Part shown: positions 51,344-55,791 of the stretch, piece after piece | How positions within the stretch are numbered: the first letter of the stretch is position 1 | Layout of the letters: each line of letters opens with the position of its first letter | DNA from: a virus | IMG/VR virus record: IMGVR_UViG_3300027861_000003 | Coordinates: 1 to 55,791 of that record | Strand: one strand, 5' to 3' | DNA length: 55,791 nucleotides | Program-made: the position numbers and the translations under genes | Notes under the pieces: generated by a model | What the model was told of the DNA's origin: nothing | Seen by the model: only the letters and a program-made list of their open reading frames with translations | The model's database searches: none

Positions 51344-51517
51344 ATGAAACAAGACCAACTACAAAATCTACTATGTCGCATGGCAGGCAATATCTTCAAC
51401 GAGAAAACAATGACACATGCAACCGCAGCAGAACATGCAATAAGAATCTTTTTAAGTGTAGAAAGTATATTAGAACAAACCAATAACGGAGAAGATCTAA
51501 ACGATATTGAGGAATAA
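51344..51517 (+). CDS. small hypothetical protein (57 aa, below the ORF-track cutoff)
   Basis: Hand translation MKQDQLQNLLCRMAGNIFNEKTMTHATAAEHAIRIFLSVESILEQTNNGEDLNDIEE; AAGGAAA SD. Confidence 0.45.
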   Translation: MKQDQLQNLLCRMAGNIFNEKTMTHATAAEHAIRIFLSVESILEQTNNGEDLNDIEE

Positions 51518-51666
51518 TGTTTAGTATAATGGAAAAAAGAATACTTAAAGAAACGGCATTTTACGTTACGTTTTGTTTAATAGTAGCGGGAGCTTTAATA
51601 TTATTTAGATCAAATTATGACATTACAATTTATAACGAAGCAGTTAATCCACATAGAAACCTGTAG
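51517..51666 (+). CDS. small membrane protein (49 aa, below the ORF-track cutoff)
   Basis: Hand translation MFSIMEKRILKETAFYVTFCLIVAGALILFRSNYDITIYNEAVNPHRNL; TAATG coupling. Confidence 0.4.
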   Translation: MFSIMEKRILKETAFYVTFCLIVAGALILFRSNYDITIYNEAVNPHRNL

Positions 51667-51677
51667 GAGGGTAGTAA

Positions 51678-53303
51678 ATGACAAAAAAATTCGATGTATT
51701 CTCTAATAAGTTTGCTCATGATATATTTTTACAAAAGTATAGTATGAATGGCCAAGAAACTTGGGAGGATACATGTAAAAGGGTGGTTGAAAATGTTTGT
51801 GGTCAACTATTAACCACAGAGGAAAAACAAGATATTCTCACTATGATGGTTAACAGGGAATTCATTCCGGGCGGAAGATATCTGTACAGTTCTGGTAGAG
51901 CCTTCCATCAGGTTAATAATTGTTTTCTATTTAGAGCATTCGACTCTAGAGAAAAATGGGCAGAATTAATGCACGACGCAACTGCGGCATTAATGACAGG
52001 TGGCGGCATAGGTGTGGACTACAGTAACCTAAGACCAAAGGGCGCGTTAATTAAAAAGACGGGCGGATTTAGCACAGGTCCACTAGCACTTATGCATATG
52101 GTAAACGAGGCAGGTAGGCATATCATGCAAGGTGGTCAAAGAAGATCTGCTATATACGCAAGTCTAAGATGGAACCACGATGACGTTAAAGAGTTTGTTA
52201 ATATTAAGAACTATAGTGATCAATTAAAAGCGATTAAAGAAAAGGATTTTAACTTTCCCGCACCAATGGAACTTACTAATATTTCTGTTGATTATGATAC
52301 AGAATTTTTTATAGCAATGGAAGATAAAAAACATGAGTTACATAAACATGCTAAAGAGATTTGGGCACTGAATTGTAAACAGGCATTCTCTACCGCCGAA
52401 CCGGGCATGGCATTTAATTTTTTAAAGGATAACGAATCCCTTAGAAATGCATGTACGGAGGTCACAAGTGAAGATGACGGCGATAAATGTAATCTAGGTA
52501 CAGTATGGATGAACAACATTACAGATAAAGAAAGATTCAAAGATGTAGTTAAACTATCTACTTTATTTTTACTTTGCGGTGGTATTTATTCTGATATACC
52601 ACTGGATAAAATTAGAGAAGTTGGATTAAAGAATAATAGAATTGGATTAGGTCTAGGTGGAATGCACGAATGGTTAATGATTAGGGGTTACAAATACCAA
52701 GTTACACCAGAATTACATAAATGGCTAAGTGTTTACCAACAGGAAAGTGATAGTGCCGCTTATATCGGAGCTAAGAGATTAGGTGTGTCGATACCAAAGG
52801 GTAAGAGGGCCATAGCACCTACGGGAACCATTGGTATCTTAGCTGAAAGTACAACGGGCATTGAACCGCTTTTCTGTAAGGCATACAAAAGAAGATATTT
52901 AAAAGACGAAGTTTGGAAGCATCAATTTGTTGTCGATGGTACAGTTAAGAGGTTATCCGATAAAGGAATTGATGTTAGTGAAATTCAAGATTCTTATGAC
53001 ATATCATTTAAAGATAGGGTTAAGTTTCAGGCTGATGTTCAAAATTATGTAGACATGGCAATTAGTTCCACATGTAATCTAAGACAATGGGGTACAGAAG
53101 AAAACAACGAAGATACATTGAAAAAGAATGCCAAAATGTTATTGAAGTATGCAAAGCGACTTAGAGGATTTACTTGCTACCCTGACGGCTCTAGAGGTGG
53201 TCAACCATTAACCAGAGTTGATCTTAAGGAAGCCTTAGAACAGGAAGGTAAAGTCTTTGAAGAAAGAGAGCATGAATGTATTGGAGGTGTGTGTGGTGTC
53301 TAA
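51678..53303 (+). CDS. nrdJ: adenosylcobalamin-dependent (class II) ribonucleotide reductase
   Basis: 541 aa; NNCFLF, GGGIG, CNLGT active-site-type strings and the C-terminal CIGGVCG Cys pair typical of compact phage NrdJ. Confidence 0.75.
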   Translation: MTKKFDVFSNKFAHDIFLQKYSMNGQETWEDTCKRVVENVCGQLLTTEEKQDILTMMVNREFIPGGRYLYSSGRAFHQVNNCFLFRAFDSREKWAELMHDATAALMTGGGIGVDYSNLRPKGALIKKTGGFSTGPLALMHMVNEAGRHIMQGGQRRSAIYASLRWNHDDVKEFVNIKNYSDQLKAIKEKDFNFPAPMELTNISVDYDTEFFIAMEDKKHELHKHAKEIWALNCKQAFSTAEPGMAFNFLKDNESLRNACTEVTSEDDGDKCNLGTVWMNNITDKERFKDVVKLSTLFLLCGGIYSDIPLDKIREVGLKNNRIGLGLGGMHEWLMIRGYKYQVTPELHKWLSVYQQESDSAAYIGAKRLGVSIPKGKRAIAPTGTIGILAESTTGIEPLFCKAYKRRYLKDEVWKHQFVVDGTVKRLSDKGIDVSEIQDSYDISFKDRVKFQADVQNYVDMAISSTCNLRQWGTEENNEDTLKKNAKMLLKYAKRLRGFTCYPDGSRGGQPLTRVDLKEALEQEGKVFEEREHECIGGVCGV

Positions 53304-53916
53304 AGTAAAATTAGTAGCAATAACACCAGAGTCTGAAAAACTAGTCATGTACTGCGCCCGAGTAAGCAGTGCAAACCAAGATTCTACTAACACAAAACTG
53401 ATAAACTATTGTATCAAACATGGTCATTATTCTATTTTAGAAATGGCCAACATGGTAATAGAAATCAATACGAGTAGAGCTATCTCGGCACAAATTCTGC
53501 GCCACAGGAGCTTTAGTTTTCAAGAATTTTCACAGCGATATGCAAAGACAACAGGCTTCGAGAAATACGAGGCCCGTAGTCAAGACTTGAAGAATAGACA
53601 AAATAGTAATGATGATATGAGCGAAGAGGATAAAGATTGGTTTGAAAGGGCACAGAATCAGGTACATAGTAAATGTGACTACCTGTATAAAGAAGCGCTG
53701 TCTAAAGGTATAGCCAAGGAACAGGCGCGGTTTTTATTGCCCATGTCAACCAAAACTAGACTTTACATGAACGGTTCACTTAGATCTTGGGTACATTTCT
53801 TGACATTGAGAACTGGTAACGGTACTCAGAAGGAGCATATGGAGATTGCTGAGCAGATCAAGAAGATCTTTACAAAGGAATTACCAATAATTGCGGAGGC
53901 GGTATGGGGAAAGTAG
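53296..53916 (+). CDS. thyX: flavin-dependent thymidylate synthase ThyX
   Basis: RHRSFSFQEFSQRY is the ThyX signature RHRxxSxxxxSxR; start set at GTG 53296 after GGAGG (track start 53257; start uncertain). Confidence 0.8.
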   Translation: MSKVKLVAITPESEKLVMYCARVSSANQDSTNTKLINYCIKHGHYSILEMANMVIEINTSRAISAQILRHRSFSFQEFSQRYAKTTGFEKYEARSQDLKNRQNSNDDMSEEDKDWFERAQNQVHSKCDYLYKEALSKGIAKEQARFLLPMSTKTRLYMNGSLRSWVHFLTLRTGNGTQKEHMEIAEQIKKIFTKELPIIAEAVWGK

Positions 53917-54083
53917 TTGACAAAGATAGGCTAATATGTAATAATAGGAAGTGTAAGAAGGAAGTCGAAGAGGCTTACAATTACACAAGTTATCACCAGT
54001 TGGCGGTTAGAGACAACTTGGTTAAAAAAGATCTATGTAAGGAATGTTTTGATGAAAAAGAAACAAAATACAGGATATTGTAA
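53904..54083 (+). CDS. 59-aa zinc-ribbon protein (just below the ORF-track cutoff)
   Basis: Hand translation MGKVVDKDRLICNNRKCKKEVEEAYNYTSYHQLAVRDNLVKKDLCKECFDEKETKYRIL; GCGGAGG SD; overlaps the thyX end and the next gene's start. Confidence 0.45.
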   Translation: MGKVVDKDRLICNNRKCKKEVEEAYNYTSYHQLAVRDNLVKKDLCKECFDEKETKYRIL

Positions 54084-54432
54084 TTGTAAATCTGATAAAC
54101 TTCATTATGGTAAGAAATCAACCACCCTTGAAGTTGTGCGCGATACATACCATAAAGTAAGAATGGATTACGATGACCTTTGTTTTCTTTGTGGTAACAC
54201 TGCGCTATGTTCTATACCAGAGAAACCAATGAATAAGACTAGAGCGAAACATATTAGGCAATTTTTTCCAGATATCACAGTAAGTATCGATAACCCACAA
54301 GGGATTTTTATTGACAGGGAAGACGAATCGATGTATAATAACCCAAGTTGTGATAGAATCAAATATCGCAGCAACGGTAGGGCTGAACTAAATAAGAACT
54401 TCAATCGGGAAAAAATTCATGAAGGAAGGTGA
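54052..54432 (+). CDS. hypothetical Cys-containing protein
   Basis: Track ORF 54049 (TTG) trimmed to the ATG at 54052. Confidence 0.5.
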   Translation: MKKKQNTGYCNCKSDKLHYGKKSTTLEVVRDTYHKVRMDYDDLCFLCGNTALCSIPEKPMNKTRAKHIRQFFPDITVSIDNPQGIFIDREDESMYNNPSCDRIKYRSNGRAELNKNFNREKIHEGR

Positions 54433-54721
54433 TAAGGTTACTTTGAATAAGAATAGTCAATATTACAACCCATTGTATAGTGTTGAAGATCATCCAATCA
54501 AAACTGTTGGTACATTGTATCATAAAAGCGGAGATGATCTAAATTTCGTTAAGTGGCCAAATGGTCGTAAGAGTGTTTATTCAACGCATGATTTGGATTT
54601 GGTTAATGAGGAACCTCCATCAATACCAACAAATGGTTGTACCTGTGATAGATGGCAAATGTTTAACAGAGGCTGTACTTGCGAAGGTGGACAAGCTGAA
54701 TTAGAAAGGGAGCGCAAATGA
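54419..54721 (+). CDS. hypothetical protein
   Basis: 100-aa ORF; C-terminal CTCD...CTCEGG. Confidence 0.55.
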   Translation: MKEGDKVTLNKNSQYYNPLYSVEDHPIKTVGTLYHKSGDDLNFVKWPNGRKSVYSTHDLDLVNEEPPSIPTNGCTCDRWQMFNRGCTCEGGQAELERERK

Positions 54722-54897
54722 AAACCATAACTATTGGTGAATTGATTGAAGAGAATACTAAGTTAAGAGATGATAATGATAGTTTGAAAGCTTTATTTAA
54801 GGCACTATATAACGGTTTGAGTCAGGCTGTGAAGGATGAGCATAAGGCGCAGATGAGGCAGATTGTGACTTTGGTGGGAGACGAGAATGAGCGATAA
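54718..54897 (+). CDS. 59-aa coiled-coil protein (just below the ORF-track cutoff)
   Basis: Hand translation MKTITIGELIEENTKLRDDNDSLKALFKALYNGLSQAVKDEHKAQMRQIVTLVGDENER; ATGA coupling to both neighbours. Confidence 0.45.
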   Translation: MKTITIGELIEENTKLRDDNDSLKALFKALYNGLSQAVKDEHKAQMRQIVTLVGDENER

Positions 54898-55438
54898 GAA
54901 AGCGGAGGGGTTTGATGAGTTTTTAACTAACAATATCCAAGCATTTACAGATGGTGAGTTGTTTGAAGCGAATGCTGTTAGGCAAATAATATTGTTTGTT
55001 TATACCCAATTAACCGAAAAGCACGATACGGAAATAGGGAAGTTAAGAGATGATATTGTTTCAATCAAAGCTGTTAATAGAAATGATATGGAAGAGCTAG
55101 ATTTTTGGAACAAACAGGAATTAGAAGGGCTGCACAAGCAATGGAGAGAGGATCTAAAGGACAAGTTAAGATTTAATAAATTGCTAGACGAAAAACTCCA
55201 AGCAACCCAAGCCAAGCTAAAATCTTGTGAGATTGAAAGGGATGAGGCTGTTAAGTTAAGTGGATTAAGAAAAGATATATGTTCTCGATTATCTAAAGAG
55301 AAACTTAAAGAAACTGTGAAGCGCCACGCCCTTGAGGAAATTGCTAAGCAGGGGTTACGGCAAATGAGAACAGGGGGCAATTTCCCCTTTGCTATATGCG
55401 AGGAATATTTAAAGAAAATAGACGAACTAATGAAATAG
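54887..55438 (+). CDS. hypothetical coiled-coil protein
   Basis: 183 aa; TAG stop 55436-55438 inside the H17 arm. Confidence 0.55.
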   Translation: MSDKKAEGFDEFLTNNIQAFTDGELFEANAVRQIILFVYTQLTEKHDTEIGKLRDDIVSIKAVNRNDMEELDFWNKQELEGLHKQWREDLKDKLRFNKLLDEKLQATQAKLKSCEIERDEAVKLSGLRKDICSRLSKEKLKETVKRHALEEIAKQGLRQMRTGGNFPFAICEEYLKKIDELMK

Positions 55439-55457
55439 ATAATAACAAGTTATCTAT
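55435..55457 (+). promoter_or_regulatory. Conserved cassette palindrome (copy H17)
   Basis: atagataa-taacaag-ttatctat; TGAGG follows, ATG 55474. Confidence 0.8.
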
Positions 55458-55473
55458 CAAAATGAGGTAAGTT

Positions 55474-55674
55474 ATGGAAAATTATTATATGGACTTGAAA
55501 TATCATTTATGTGATGGAACTTACTATCACTTAGAAGGTTCTGTAGAAGGGACTGTAGATTTTTACATAAAAGATAATGAAGATGTAATACTAAGCCATC
55601 AAGCTATATTGAAAGATGATATTGAAAATTTATTAGGAATGTTTAAAAAAATGAATGAATATTTAGAAGAGTGA
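55474..55674 (+). CDS. hypothetical acidic protein
   Basis: 66-aa ORF; TGA stop abuts the H1/H18 hairpin. Confidence 0.55.
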   Translation: MENYYMDLKYHLCDGTYYHLEGSVEGTVDFYIKDNEDVILSHQAILKDDIENLLGMFKKMNEYLEE

Positions 55675-55791
55675 TAGATAACCCTAACTTATCTATCAAA
55701 GGGAGTTAACACAATGAGTTGGAATCATGAAAAAAGATTATTAAATTGTCCATTTTGCGGGACTAAATCTGAAATCAATCACGAATATAGG
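55665..55791. repeat. Second copy of the window-end duplication (includes a duplicate of hairpin H1 at 55673-55697 and the first 78 nt of gene 50-283)
   Basis: Identical to 1-127. Confidence 0.95.

Noticed and set aside
1-55791. Stop-codon reassignment (TAG or TGA recoding), given the many TAG-containing palindromes
   Set aside because: Long ORFs (1018, 802, 675 and 541 aa) and all recognisable domains are intact under the standard code. The TAGs in the palindromes act as ordinary stops at the expected protein ends.

Overview
The window is a complete, circularly assembled dsDNA tailed-phage genome. Bases 1-127 repeat at 55665-55791, so the unique length is 55,664 bp. It is AT-rich, uses the standard genetic code, and has GGAG-type Shine-Dalgarno sites and sigma70-like promoters, so the host is bacterial.

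Layout:
1. 1946-26602, minus strand: one long virion, lysis and packaging operon. Transcription order is HNH, M15 endolysin, holin-like protein, small and large terminase, portal, scaffold, capsid, an AT-rich accessory insert, tail tube, frameshifted chaperones, a 1018-aa tape measure, then tail tip and fibre genes.
2. 26603-27470: non-coding field ending in 14 tandem copies of a 14-bp unit.
3. 27474-30605, minus strand: very AT-rich plasmid/ICE-like island that includes a DUF932-like gene.
4. 30606-31633: about 1 kb divergent control or origin-like region with inverted iterons around an AT-rich core.
5. 31634-46495, plus strand: early and replication genes. These are a GIY-YIG endonuclease, two hexapeptide-repeat paralogs, two ClpP-like proteases, an interrupted tRNA-like gene, a C5 methyltransferase with an internal frame anomaly, primase-helicase, a PD-(D/E)XK nuclease, PolB split by an HNH endonuclease gene, a tyrosine recombinase, a phosphoesterase and a DEDDh exonuclease.
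6. 46501 through the circular junction to 1682, plus strand: an array of small genes, including nrdJ and thyX. Seventeen unique copies of one conserved palindrome, ATAGATAA-N7-TTATCTAT, punctuate it.

The most unusual features:
- the palindrome-delimited cassette array, with two paralogous non-coding inserts occupying cassette slots
- the tRNA-like gene whose anticodon-stem halves are 84 nt apart
- the 14 x 14-bp tandem array
- the methyltransferase whose conserved motifs switch reading frame twice

All functional calls come from motif recognition by eye; no database search was run.
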